A stretch of 64,000 bases of DNA, from positions 992,001 through 1,056,000 of the forward strand of contig VRMN01000001.1 in NCBI GenBank assembly GCA_008690995.1, written 5' to 3'. Each line of letters begins with the position of its first letter. Position 1 is the first letter of the stretch. The DNA is from Porphyridium purpureum. Taxonomy: Eukaryota. Below, piece after piece: positions 41,301-50,011 of the stretch. The translations under genes were made by a program, and so were the position numbers. The notes below the pieces were generated by a model. That model had not been told where the DNA came from and searched no databases. It saw nothing but the letters and a program-made list of their open reading frames with translations.

Positions 41301-42172
41301 GTAATCCGAATCTTACTGAGAGCTTGGGTGGAGCGGGTATTCAGGTCGGCTCTTGTTCCAGACCATTCGTACCATATGAGAAGTCGCGGGAACACCACAC
41401 CTGACCTCGCTTTTCCCTCAGAATTCATGAAGCTTGTTCCTGATTCGGCCATGTCGCGACCTCGTACGAGGTATGCATCAAGCAGATACAGAACAAGCGG
41501 CGTTTCGTCCAGGGCGTGTTGGCTGCTGCCTTCCAGGACAATGAGCGGAGCCATGCTGCCGAGATTTCGAAATGAATAGCAGAGAAAAGCATACCGACGC
41601 AGCTCTTGTTCCGATTCTTTGTCGACTGTGAGGACCATCACTGGCTGACCCGCAGGCTCGCTACTTTGGGACTCGTGCTCTGGGCGCATTTGGCCTATTT
41701 GTGCCTGTGCCTGCACGTTCCCTTGGAGCACTGTGCGCTGCTCCCCAACAGAGTCATTTTCGTAATTTCCGGGCGCTGAGCGCGGTTCCTCTCTTTCAGC
41801 TACCTGCTCGTTTGCTGGGGCGGTACGCAGTATCTCTGAGGGCGCCTGACTCGCGCCGTCTCCATCGTCGCGCTCCGCGCTTACTTGCGAGATCGACTCA
41901 ACCGATCTACCCGCTGACATCCACGCTGCCGATCGCGGAAGCACATTGAACTGTACAGAAACAAACGCAATCATAGCCGCAACAACCACAATCGCCAGCA
42001 GTCGCAGCTTCGTTGCTACAAACTGTGCGGAAGGCAAGGTGCCCGTCGATGCCCCTGAGATGAGGGATGGCGACTTTGTGTCCGCCCGTTTGGCTGTTTC
42101 ATCTTCCGTCTCATGCGAATTCGGCGGGTTCCTCGCCGCAGCTCGGAAGCAGTCATATTTTGGACGCGTCAT
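38336..42172 (-). CDS. Type II membrane protein with two tandem GT92/DUF23-like glycosyltransferase domains
   Basis: N-terminal TM helix; duplicated motifs LLDAYLVR, LCEWD, EEWLxYHL..GF...YV, HxDRF; DVDEFL (DxD) in the second copy. Confidence 0.72.
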   Translation of the reverse strand: MTRPKYDCFRAAARNPPNSHETEDETAKRADTKSPSLISGASTGTLPSAQFVATKLRLLAIVVVAAMIAFVSVQFNVLPRSAAWMSAGRSVESISQVSAERDDGDGASQAPSEILRTAPANEQVAEREEPRSAPGNYENDSVGEQRTVLQGNVQAQAQIGQMRPEHESQSSEPAGQPVMVLTVDKESEQELRRYAFLCYSFRNLGSMAPLIVLEGSSQHALDETPLVLYLLDAYLVRGRDMAESGTSFMNSEGKARSGVVFPRLLIWYEWSGTRADLNTRSTQALSKIRITMRVQSKRMERPPHNDELNCSRSNTNAGRHKDFIQGDTETREGFFLYHCQGVQVNQATANESVKLPFSIQLHSEGAQLQVNSALTVLRAPKVDVILCEWDDNIGPPRSNVSYTLATVVDSEFDEPSVNSSTSAFEALTDWMGWRLEEWLSYHLTLGFHHVYIYVIGTCENLKWKLRQKSTAQDGVSSLKEQDFVTCVSMGRGWLSRSRGVEGEGQMLTIAKHVIEEAIVAVHLDRFGSYYDYLGVLSPDRYLVIDNLIHNGTGSALSAFFELSEQKRAHKCTSAPCCGIRLSEVLLHPNVSAIADAKLIEEVYTSTPASSSELESVEDDPQASLVLLRKSRVADPPGIQNGSAKMFEKYCEVISWPVANASIAVFSALAHKPKSQQTKSSFARRWDVLGNVAWKVLGFMLSHRVSGPVQMNLLHARLAGTVVPIRSTSPFMTREQLYPNGQVFERRKDVRIPYDHRASSMTRCSHPGDFGKMEPLVQWGVSGDTREIFLLDAYLVRVPSGGNRGMSAAEEDLAVETAEFSVHFLLKYRGPFDQGRLSWLNHGLPFQLRLGADKRASLLSCHLDPLPYSYRGEGDTYPETWYGYHCDSFVLTAMDRKCNIGKVLKSTLLLDPKAEEIMRLMEPNLAVKPAHEMTLCEWDPDLGMLAPRGPHLEKNFALVTMIQLGYATNAYANRQPTSEERIEEWLAYHLYIGFNDITVYVDGNATQTAELVAQLHKFMQTGRLRILQTFRNRILSERPQFWMRLKGPIPNEIDRMRDHQRTVFSAHVDRFAKYHRLFLISDVDEFLFFDDIGAGGAARMHMSGIDNARRIDNSSSSTETPLAKFWSVWRSRMRRSDGGRVACQLRLRWRYYEFDPRTSRAIDEAGELPAHERPYLITEQYKQRRNKVAGSIRGESKAIFIANETTFYTNQHGAYKFQRPVCTESYLPGTDSFLAHYRYAKADEKKTFLVPHESPDVVKVIRETLKQIETGTFPRRPQT

Positions 42173-42602
42173 GCCAGATGTCAAAGTCGAAGAGAGTTCC
42201 GAAGCTTCTTCTGTGCCCAACTCATCCCCTCTTGCTCATGCTCCAATCCACGTGCACTGGCAACATGTCATGCCACGTCCGCGATGCCTCCGCACGATGT
42301 GCGCTGTACCCATGCAGATGGCGCTCGAGAGAGCACCGCACGCTGAATGGCATGGGGTCCCGCTGTCGCTCGCGCTGGTGTGCGAGCTGCGCGGCGTGCA
42401 AGCACGTTATCATATGCGTCATAGAGGTGGACGCAGAATTCGCCTAACATGCGCGCACCGCGCAAAGTGTTGCTCGGTTGCGAGTAGGCGAGTGACGGCG
42501 AGCACGAGGCTTTCGCTCAGTTTGTAATGTCATTGTGACGAGTAGGCGACATCCGAGTTGGTCAACCAATACTTTTGGACAAAACCTACACATCTACTCT
42601 CT

Positions 42603-45600
42603 TTACGCGCCACCCGACGCCGAGGCAATGGCGGCGGCCTCCTGCCAGCAAGGCTCCTCATCTCTCGGACTCATCATCTCCAACCGAATTACCGAGCTCG
42701 GCGCAGAAGTGTGATTGTACGCCAGCAACACAGAGAAACAAAACTGGCGGAAGGGGTCTCCTCGCAGGGATTGTACGTACAGTTGGGGGCGCATTCTATG
42801 CATGTGGACTGTCTCGTCGTCGCGCATCCCAATGCCGGCCGAACTGGCAACTGTGGAAAGGCCAAGCCGCTCGAAATCCATTTGATACTCTCTCAAGCAG
42901 CGCCCGGTCTTTGCACAACACACGCGCACAAGATCCTCCTCGCAAGAACCGGCCACGATATAGTCCGAGCCATTCATGTAGTACGCACGTGTGTAATTAT
43001 ACGGAGAATGTCGTCGAGGAATCGCAAACTGAGTTGCTAGTCGGCCGTCGCACGCCACATACTGCCGAATCTCATTATCGACTGCCGACACGAGTAGGTG
43101 CTCATCGTTCGGAGCGAAGCACAGCATGACGTTACCGCCATGCGACGAGCGCGAGTAAATCGGTCGCGGCTCGCCACTCGCGCGTATCGTCTCGCGCAGA
43201 TCCCACAGTTTGATCGTCGTGTCGAACGACGACGTCGCAAACAAGTTCGGGTTAAAATGCGAAAACTTGCACACGTTGATATGTTCGGAATGACATTGCC
43301 GTAGCTGATTCAGGCGAACACCCGTGCCAAGATCGTACAGCGAAACGTGCTTCTCATAGCCGCTCACGATCATCCGCTCATCCGTGCAATTAACATGCAA
43401 CGACGTCAAATCGCGAAAGGGTGCGTACTGCATGACGCTCTGTGTCCGATGGCGACGCAGCCAATTGACGTCATACATTTGAATCACACCCTTATCGGTA
43501 CCCGCCACAAACTTCCACGAATCTTTGTTCAACCAGCACAGGCCGAGAACTTGCCCTATTGCCTCGTCTCCACCTCCTCCCGTTTCGGAATCACCCGACG
43601 TCATACCACCCGCGCTGTCATTATCCACGCTGGTACATCCCACCAAGCTCTGCGCCTCATCCTGGATCACCATCACCTTTCCATCGAGAGTTCCGAGTAC
43701 AAGGTAGCCCGCTTCGTGAGGATTATACTCAAATTGCCTCGGACGCTTCGACGCGTGAAAAAGCATGGATGCGCGTGGACGATCGGGCGCGTGAACAAGA
43801 GTGCTCGAAATGTCTCTGCGGAACTTTCGCGCCATGCCTTCGCCCTGATGCGCGAGTGCATGACGAGCCGGTACGAGATCATTGTCCATGACGTGACCGG
43901 TCTCACGAGCCCGTATCAGCGCGAGGGAGGAAACGACCGACTTCCTTGCGTTTGGAAACGGTTCATAGTATTTCCGCACGTCTGCATGCGCACGGATACG
44001 CTCTTCAACACTTACCGGCTCATTGTCCAGGAAGCAGATTGAGGGCACTCCGTCGATCATCAAAGATCGATACAAACTGGTCCAGGCTCGCAACGGTGAG
44101 AACGACTCCCTTGACAATGACACGGGCGACAGACTTGCATTGTTGTGCAAGATGACGTGCATAGCGTCATCACCTTCATCGCTTCTGTCATCAAATTCCT
44201 CATCTTCAAAATCGTCGTCCGCGCTATTCTCATCGTGGACGTTCTCGTCGTCAAAGTTATCGATTCGGTCGACCATTTCACTCCATTCGTTGCTCTCAAA
44301 AGTTGAGGCAGCAGAGCTGTCAGTGTCGTGATCTCTGCCTTGTACGTGCGGGAAGGTTCTACTTTCTTGCTCATGATCATTCTGAGCTTCTTCCGGCGGC
44401 GGGATGAAGTACGTTTCCAGTAACGACGCCTTGTAAAGGGAAAGAAAACGGCTTACCGATACATCATCCGACAAACATACACTTCCATGTCCAACATGGA
44501 CTCCGACGGAGGCAGCACCTAAAGCGGCTTCCGCATTCGATCGGAAATCTGGAGCGTTGTCCATCCCTTCCAAGGCACCCGCCATCATTATTCTCGAGCA
44601 GCTCAATGTCAAAGGAGCATTGATATCTATCAGTGCCTCCTCCCACAACGCGGCAGCAGTCCATGCGACGGGGTGCACGGCCACATTGAAAGCTGAGGTA
44701 CCAAGACTGCTGCTGGGAAGAATGGGGCAGAATTCTGACGCAAGGCCTTTCAGCGAGAGAAGATCTTCAGCATGTGAGTCACTGTGCGCTGGAGCCATTA
44801 AGCTGTCCTTCTGTTCACGTAGCAGGCGTACGGACAGTCCGCAGGTTGCTGGCGAAGCAAAGATACTGGGTTTCAGAAAAAGCGCACTCGGGGCGATTCC
44901 ATGTAAGGCGCGGCACGTCTCGCGAATTTCCGAAAGCTTGGTCCCGAAAAGAACCAATACTCGTAACCCGCGTAAGCATCGTGTACCTGCGGCAGAGAGA
45001 TGTCTGATGGGGCACGAGTGAAGAACCAGCGTGGAAACGCCCGTACAAGTCTGATGTCGAGACAAATTGCGATCAAAGCCTACAGAAATACACAAAGAGG
45101 CTGCCGCACTGGCAATCGCACTCGTGGAAGCAAGCAGCGAGCAGTTGCAGTTGCCATCCTTGCCACTGCTGTCGCCGGCGCCGCCGCCCAAACAGGTACC
45201 GTGGGAGTTATGCTGCACGCAGCGATGATACTCGAACGCTCCTTCCCGCAGGTCAACTCGGTCAATGCGCTTATTATGAGCAAAGAGAACCACTCGACTA
45301 GTCAACGTATGCACTGCGAGAGCGTTGACTATCATTGCCATGCCCACCGAGCTCAAATTATTCCGCGAAAATGATAGCGCTGGAAACCAGCTCATGAGGT
45401 TGGTTGATGCGGAGGCAAATACGATTGCGAGCACTTTGCAATCATTATCATCAAGTTGCTGAGAGGATAAGTCCAACCCTAGTTGTACAGACCGCAACAG
45501 CTCACCAGAAATGTGAGCACACTGGACACACAGCGATTGTGCGCAAGGAGCCGCGTCCAACGCAAAGAAAGGAAATTCGGGAAGCGCAGGATACGCTGTT

Positions 45601-46109
45601 GATGGCGCGTTCAAAGCTTCAACAAAGATCTCTGGGGAAAGATGAGCATGTGTTCTTGCGCGTTCGCAAAGCCAGACCGTCCATAGGACACGACCAGGAA
45701 ATAGTGCTTTCTCGAACGCTAATTTCGCACCAAACGTTATTCTCAAGTCTGCGCAGGCCTGTTCTAGGACTTCACGCAAGGCGGCAAATTCACGTTCCAG
45801 CGCAAGCCATTCCGAGATAGACACAATATCTTGCAAAACGTGCGGCACTTGTGGTTGAGCTTCATTGCTTCGTTGATTGCTCTGTTGTTCTTCATCTTCA
45901 CCTGCAATCGACGTGCCGCAGCACAAACATAATTTGCCCTGCGTTTCGTCCAGCATTGGCTGTGGCGAGAAATCCCGCTCGCTTTCTCTACTTCGAGTAC
46001 TCATCATCATCTCGGCGCCGCTGTCGGGATTCCACGTGCGCTTCTGGCCTCGCAGTCTGGACTCCTCCCCTGGTTGCGCGCTCGGCGCTACTTGGTCTGC
46101 CTCATCCAT
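42603..46109 (-). CDS. LRR + WD40 (DWD) protein, DHU1-like
   Basis: LRR-like N-terminal half, RPRQFEYNP..GTLDG, GLCWL, HINVCKFS, IKLWDLR (WDxR), NYTRAYYMNG. Confidence 0.78.
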   Translation of the reverse strand: MDEADQVAPSAQPGEESRLRGQKRTWNPDSGAEMMMSTRSRESERDFSPQPMLDETQGKLCLCCGTSIAGEDEEQQSNQRSNEAQPQVPHVLQDIVSISEWLALEREFAALREVLEQACADLRITFGAKLAFEKALFPGRVLWTVWLCERARTHAHLSPEIFVEALNAPSTAYPALPEFPFFALDAAPCAQSLCVQCAHISGELLRSVQLGLDLSSQQLDDNDCKVLAIVFASASTNLMSWFPALSFSRNNLSSVGMAMIVNALAVHTLTSRVVLFAHNKRIDRVDLREGAFEYHRCVQHNSHGTCLGGGAGDSSGKDGNCNCSLLASTSAIASAAASLCISVGFDRNLSRHQTCTGVSTLVLHSCPIRHLSAAGTRCLRGLRVLVLFGTKLSEIRETCRALHGIAPSALFLKPSIFASPATCGLSVRLLREQKDSLMAPAHSDSHAEDLLSLKGLASEFCPILPSSSLGTSAFNVAVHPVAWTAAALWEEALIDINAPLTLSCSRIMMAGALEGMDNAPDFRSNAEAALGAASVGVHVGHGSVCLSDDVSVSRFLSLYKASLLETYFIPPPEEAQNDHEQESRTFPHVQGRDHDTDSSAASTFESNEWSEMVDRIDNFDDENVHDENSADDDFEDEEFDDRSDEGDDAMHVILHNNASLSPVSLSRESFSPLRAWTSLYRSLMIDGVPSICFLDNEPVSVEERIRAHADVRKYYEPFPNARKSVVSSLALIRARETGHVMDNDLVPARHALAHQGEGMARKFRRDISSTLVHAPDRPRASMLFHASKRPRQFEYNPHEAGYLVLGTLDGKVMVIQDEAQSLVGCTSVDNDSAGGMTSGDSETGGGGDEAIGQVLGLCWLNKDSWKFVAGTDKGVIQMYDVNWLRRHRTQSVMQYAPFRDLTSLHVNCTDERMIVSGYEKHVSLYDLGTGVRLNQLRQCHSEHINVCKFSHFNPNLFATSSFDTTIKLWDLRETIRASGEPRPIYSRSSHGGNVMLCFAPNDEHLLVSAVDNEIRQYVACDGRLATQFAIPRRHSPYNYTRAYYMNGSDYIVAGSCEEDLVRVCCAKTGRCLREYQMDFERLGLSTVASSAGIGMRDDETVHMHRMRPQLYVQSLRGDPFRQFCFSVLLAYNHTSAPSSVIRLEMMSPRDEEPCWQEAAAIASASGGA

Positions 46110-46577
46110 CTAACTCGAGCACCACTGTACCAGCCTCACGCTCGGTCACGCCGGCCGCAACCCGCCCGTGAGGTTCCGCAACGGCGTCGACACGTTTCGC
46201 CGCCAAGCCCCAGCCGCCAAGTCCCAGCCGCCAAGTACGCGACGAGACCACAGCCTCAGCCCGTCGCGCTACTTCTCCGAACGTAGCGCGCGGATGAGCG
46301 ACACACAACGCGCGCGCCTTTTCCACTGCCTTCACGCGTCTCAGTACGTTGCCGCTCGCGTTCAACACGTATCGTCGGCTTCGTCTCTCCCCCCGCAACT
46401 GCCTACATCACACCGCCCGCGTTGGTGCCTGACAACGACAAAAGTACACTTAGTCACGTACTGTTTCCGAGAACGGTTTATCAGCGCACGGTTCAGGAAA
46501 AAAATGGAGAAACCGATAAAACCGTTTGCACGTGCGGTCTTTCGTTGTGAGTGGAGGGTTCAAGGGAGAGTGTGAAC

Positions 46578-46602
46578 GTGTGTGTGTGTGTGTGTGTGTG
46601 TG
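46578..46602. repeat. (TG)n microsatellite immediately before the SnoaL gene ATG
   Basis: Directly visible. Confidence 0.9.
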
Positions 46603-46603
46603 G

Positions 46604-47239
46604 ATGAACGCCGGAGACAGAATGGGAGACGCATTTGTGGGAACAGTGCGCGTCGGATATTTGCGAGGAAGGCAAGATCTTGCTGTGGGCAGACATGCGC
46701 CGCAGGTTTGTGCGAACAGCCCGAAATGGGGTGCTTTGTCACGCGCACGGTTTTCTCGAGTGAGTGGTTTGACCATGCAGCAGGTCTCGGCTTCGGAAAA
46801 TGCGACGGCGGAAACGCGCAAGGCGTTCGAGAGTGCAACCAATTGTGTGGAATCGTTCTATGACGCGTGGAATCGCGGTAGTATTGACGATATGATGCTT
46901 TGCATTGCTGATGACGCCGAGTACGAGGACGCGATTTTCCCGAGCCCGTTCAAAGGCAAGGCGCAAGTCCAGCAGCTGTTTGAAAAGATCATGAAATTGT
47001 TTCCGCAAAACGCAGAGTTCATGGTGGATAGTATAGCCGACGGTGGGAAAGCCGCCGGCTGCAAGTGGCACGTGGAGCTAAATGGGAAGCCTCTACCGTT
47101 TTCACGGGGGAACAGCTTTTACGAGTTTGATGACGCTTTTCGCATACGGCGTGCGTTCGAAACACCCGAGCCCTTTATTAAGAACGGAAATGTCGTGTTG
47201 GGTCTTCTCTCTGTTGTGACCAAGCTGCTACGCCTGTGA
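46604..47239 (+). CDS. SnoaL/NTF2-like protein, probably plastid-targeted (start 46604 or 46622)
   Basis: FYDAWN..IADDAEYED..PFKGK..WHVEL..LPFSRGNSFY; AFV and R-rich leader. Confidence 0.82.
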   Translation: MNAGDRMGDAFVGTVRVGYLRGRQDLAVGRHAPQVCANSPKWGALSRARFSRVSGLTMQQVSASENATAETRKAFESATNCVESFYDAWNRGSIDDMMLCIADDAEYEDAIFPSPFKGKAQVQQLFEKIMKLFPQNAEFMVDSIADGGKAAGCKWHVELNGKPLPFSRGNSFYEFDDAFRIRRAFETPEPFIKNGNVVLGLLSVVTKLLRL

Positions 47240-47433
47240 TTTCAAAAGTCGCGCTCAGCGACCTGACGCCGCGCCTGAGGAACGGTTTCATAAACCGCAG
47301 GTGTGGGAACGCCGAGATTGTTTTTGCGCCCTTTACGTCTTGGTTGCCTTGAATATACGCGAGCGCTTCACATCACATCTTAAAGTACTCACGGCGCGCG
47401 CTTTTTCCTGTCCAGGCGGTTGCGAGCACGCGT

Positions 47434-49740
47434 TTATGACGCGAGCAGCTGCATGCGGTCTGCCCACTTGAGCGCGCATGAGGCGGCAAAGCGACGTACA
47501 AACTCATCTGAATCACGCTCAGCAACTTGCTCGAGCCACTCGAAGATGGAAAATCCCGAATTAAACTCATCATAGATTCCAAGTGTGAGAGAAAGATCTT
47601 GTAGCGTGTCCTCGACGACTGCGTTTGGAAGTGCCACTGCTACAGTTCCTAGAGCCAGAAAAACGGCTCGCCGCACTGCGGCATCCTCGTGCTGCCGCTG
47701 ATGGGCGCACAGCTGAGCCAGCTGTCCACACATGCGCGCAAGTTGCGGCGACGCGTGCCCCGCCAAGGAAGTTATGCTCGCTAGACTAGCAATCATATGG
47801 CCGAGCAGTCCGGCATCGGTGCGATCAAGGTCGATCATAGGACAACGCCGGGGAGCAGTCTGCATCCCAGTCCACAGAGATTGGAACAGCGGGTACGCAA
47901 TGGACGCAAACGCATTCACATCCCCTTCCGTACTGATCACTTTGGCAGCGCCCACCACAATCGAGAGCGCCTCGCTGCGCAGACTCAGAACTGTGCTAGT
48001 TCCAAAGACAAAGTCTTCGATGAGGATGAGCCCTACATTTAACGGGTGAAGCTCGGCCAGCGCCGACAGGCACGACCTGCGTATGCGAATCATGGACGAC
48101 TCCGTCGATGGCGCAAAACGGCAAGTCTCAAACGACATGATTAGGCGGGCAAAGTCGCCGCAGTATTCATAAATGCCAGGATGCCCGACGGGGTCGCGGC
48201 ACGCTTGAGTCACGTTCTTCAACACCTGCGCAAGGAGCTCGGGCTGGAGTTGCAAGTCATCCTTACCAGTCGCATACTCTCGAAGCACTCGGAGAAGACG
48301 CGGAAGCGAGTGTGGCGCTTGAATACGTCGAGCAAGTTTCACCGCGTCTGCGCTGAACGGTAGGTCCTGCGGAGTCTGTCCATGGTCAGACGACTCGACA
48401 AATTCATCGTCGCTGATATCATATGGCTCTAGTTCGTCATCGTCCACACTAGGTTGGAGTAATCTTTCGGAACGTTCAGGTGGCGCCTTTCTGCTCGCCT
48501 TTTGCACAGAAATTGTGCCTCTATCTGAACTCAACGTTGCTGCGGCAAAAGCAGGCCCGCGAACAAGCTGAATAAGCTCTATTTCCGGACCTGTGGGCGA
48601 CTCGGGAAGCTCAAACTGCACTTTGTGTTCCGAGCTCCACCAGCTTGAGAAACGCTCTGCGACCATCATCCCCATCAACCTTGTTTTGGAGCAAGCTGCG
48701 GTCAAATGCGCGTTTACGCCCGCAAGGGTATTCTCGAGGATTTCAGTTGTGCTGTGCTCATCGTGCACGTGCTCCTTGGAGATTGTGCCGTTCAAAAGAA
48801 GCACGAACAGCGCGCAGTGCATCCTTCTCTTCTCCAGTCCGAGAGACCGTATAAAACTCGGTTGCGACCAGTGGAGAGATGTATGGACAAGCGCACAGAC
48901 CAGATTGCTCGAACTCCATGACATTGCACGAACAAGTGAATCAAGATCAGTCACGCACGCACTTAAGGAAATTGATTGTGTAAGCGCCATTTGAAGCGCC
49001 TGTTCTGACGAATTGAGCAGCTCAGGAAGCAGCTGCTGCTGGTCTGGCATGCTACAATGTTGCAAAATGGTTCGGATCATCCGTCCTGCGTACTGTGGCG
49101 GTACCGTTGCCATAAATCTTTGAATGACACGATTTTCAGAAGACGACTGCAAAATTACCTCTTCATAACCGCGGGCACAAAGCCTCTGCACCAGCTCGTC
49201 ACCTAGCGCCCCAATTTGCGGTTCCTGGTCATGCTGTACGAGCAGCTTTCCGGTTGCCGCGACGAGAGGACGCAAGTAACGACTCTCCCCGAACGGGGAT
49301 TCCGGGTCCAACGCGCCCCCAACTACATTCTGTATGCGTTCCGGTGCGGCGACCAGTGCTGAGACCACTTTTGACTGCAGTGCGGGTGGCAGACGGAGCT
49401 GGACCAAGTCCATGAGCAGCGTGTAGAAAAGGCCATCCCGCTCCATATCCAAGGCCGTTCCACAAGTCAGCCACTGCCTCAGGACATCCACTGCCGCGTA
49501 CTGATGACTCTTGTCCACGTCTGCAGTACACAACTCCAACACAGCGTATGTGGCCAGTGACGCGTATGGCATTGCGCGCAGCCCAGGCACGTCCCCTTGC
49601 CAGTTTACATTCTGCTCGGTACGCTCCGCAGAGTCCAAGATTGAACCGCGTCGGAAGATAACGTCTGCCTGTACTCGTGCCACATATTCTTTTATCTGAT
49701 ACACAAACGTCGACGAGTCTGGATCCAACGTAACATCCAT
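47434..49740 (-). CDS. TEL2: Telomere length regulation protein TEL2 (TTT complex)-like
   Basis: WSQPSFI, GMMVAERFS, acidic DDDELEPYDISDD followed by P..L; helical-repeat character. Confidence 0.75.
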   Translation of the reverse strand: MDVTLDPDSSTFVYQIKEYVARVQADVIFRRGSILDSAERTEQNVNWQGDVPGLRAMPYASLATYAVLELCTADVDKSHQYAAVDVLRQWLTCGTALDMERDGLFYTLLMDLVQLRLPPALQSKVVSALVAAPERIQNVVGGALDPESPFGESRYLRPLVAATGKLLVQHDQEPQIGALGDELVQRLCARGYEEVILQSSSENRVIQRFMATVPPQYAGRMIRTILQHCSMPDQQQLLPELLNSSEQALQMALTQSISLSACVTDLDSLVRAMSWSSSNLVCALVHTSLHWSQPSFIRSLGLEKRRMHCALFVLLLNGTISKEHVHDEHSTTEILENTLAGVNAHLTAACSKTRLMGMMVAERFSSWWSSEHKVQFELPESPTGPEIELIQLVRGPAFAAATLSSDRGTISVQKASRKAPPERSERLLQPSVDDDELEPYDISDDEFVESSDHGQTPQDLPFSADAVKLARRIQAPHSLPRLLRVLREYATGKDDLQLQPELLAQVLKNVTQACRDPVGHPGIYEYCGDFARLIMSFETCRFAPSTESSMIRIRRSCLSALAELHPLNVGLILIEDFVFGTSTVLSLRSEALSIVVGAAKVISTEGDVNAFASIAYPLFQSLWTGMQTAPRRCPMIDLDRTDAGLLGHMIASLASITSLAGHASPQLARMCGQLAQLCAHQRQHEDAAVRRAVFLALGTVAVALPNAVVEDTLQDLSLTLGIYDEFNSGFSIFEWLEQVAERDSDEFVRRFAASCALKWADRMQLLAS

Positions 49741-50011
49741 CCTCTCTGTCTCGTTCTTTCCCTTCGGCTCTTCGTTACCAGCTGCGCGGCCTGTCGCGCC
49801 TTCAAGCTTTCGCACAACCGCTTGCCTTCACAGTTACTGTACCTTTTCAACACGAAGTGTACAAATGAGTACAGTGGTTCTTGCAAAGTTAGGGTATGTA
49901 CAGTGCGTTGGTGTGGACTGTGGATTTGAGAGCATGCTGTCGAGTGGGGTGTTGCAAGGGAGGAGCTGCCGCGCATTTCGGAAGAGACCCGCGGACAGGA
50001 GCAGAGCGAGA

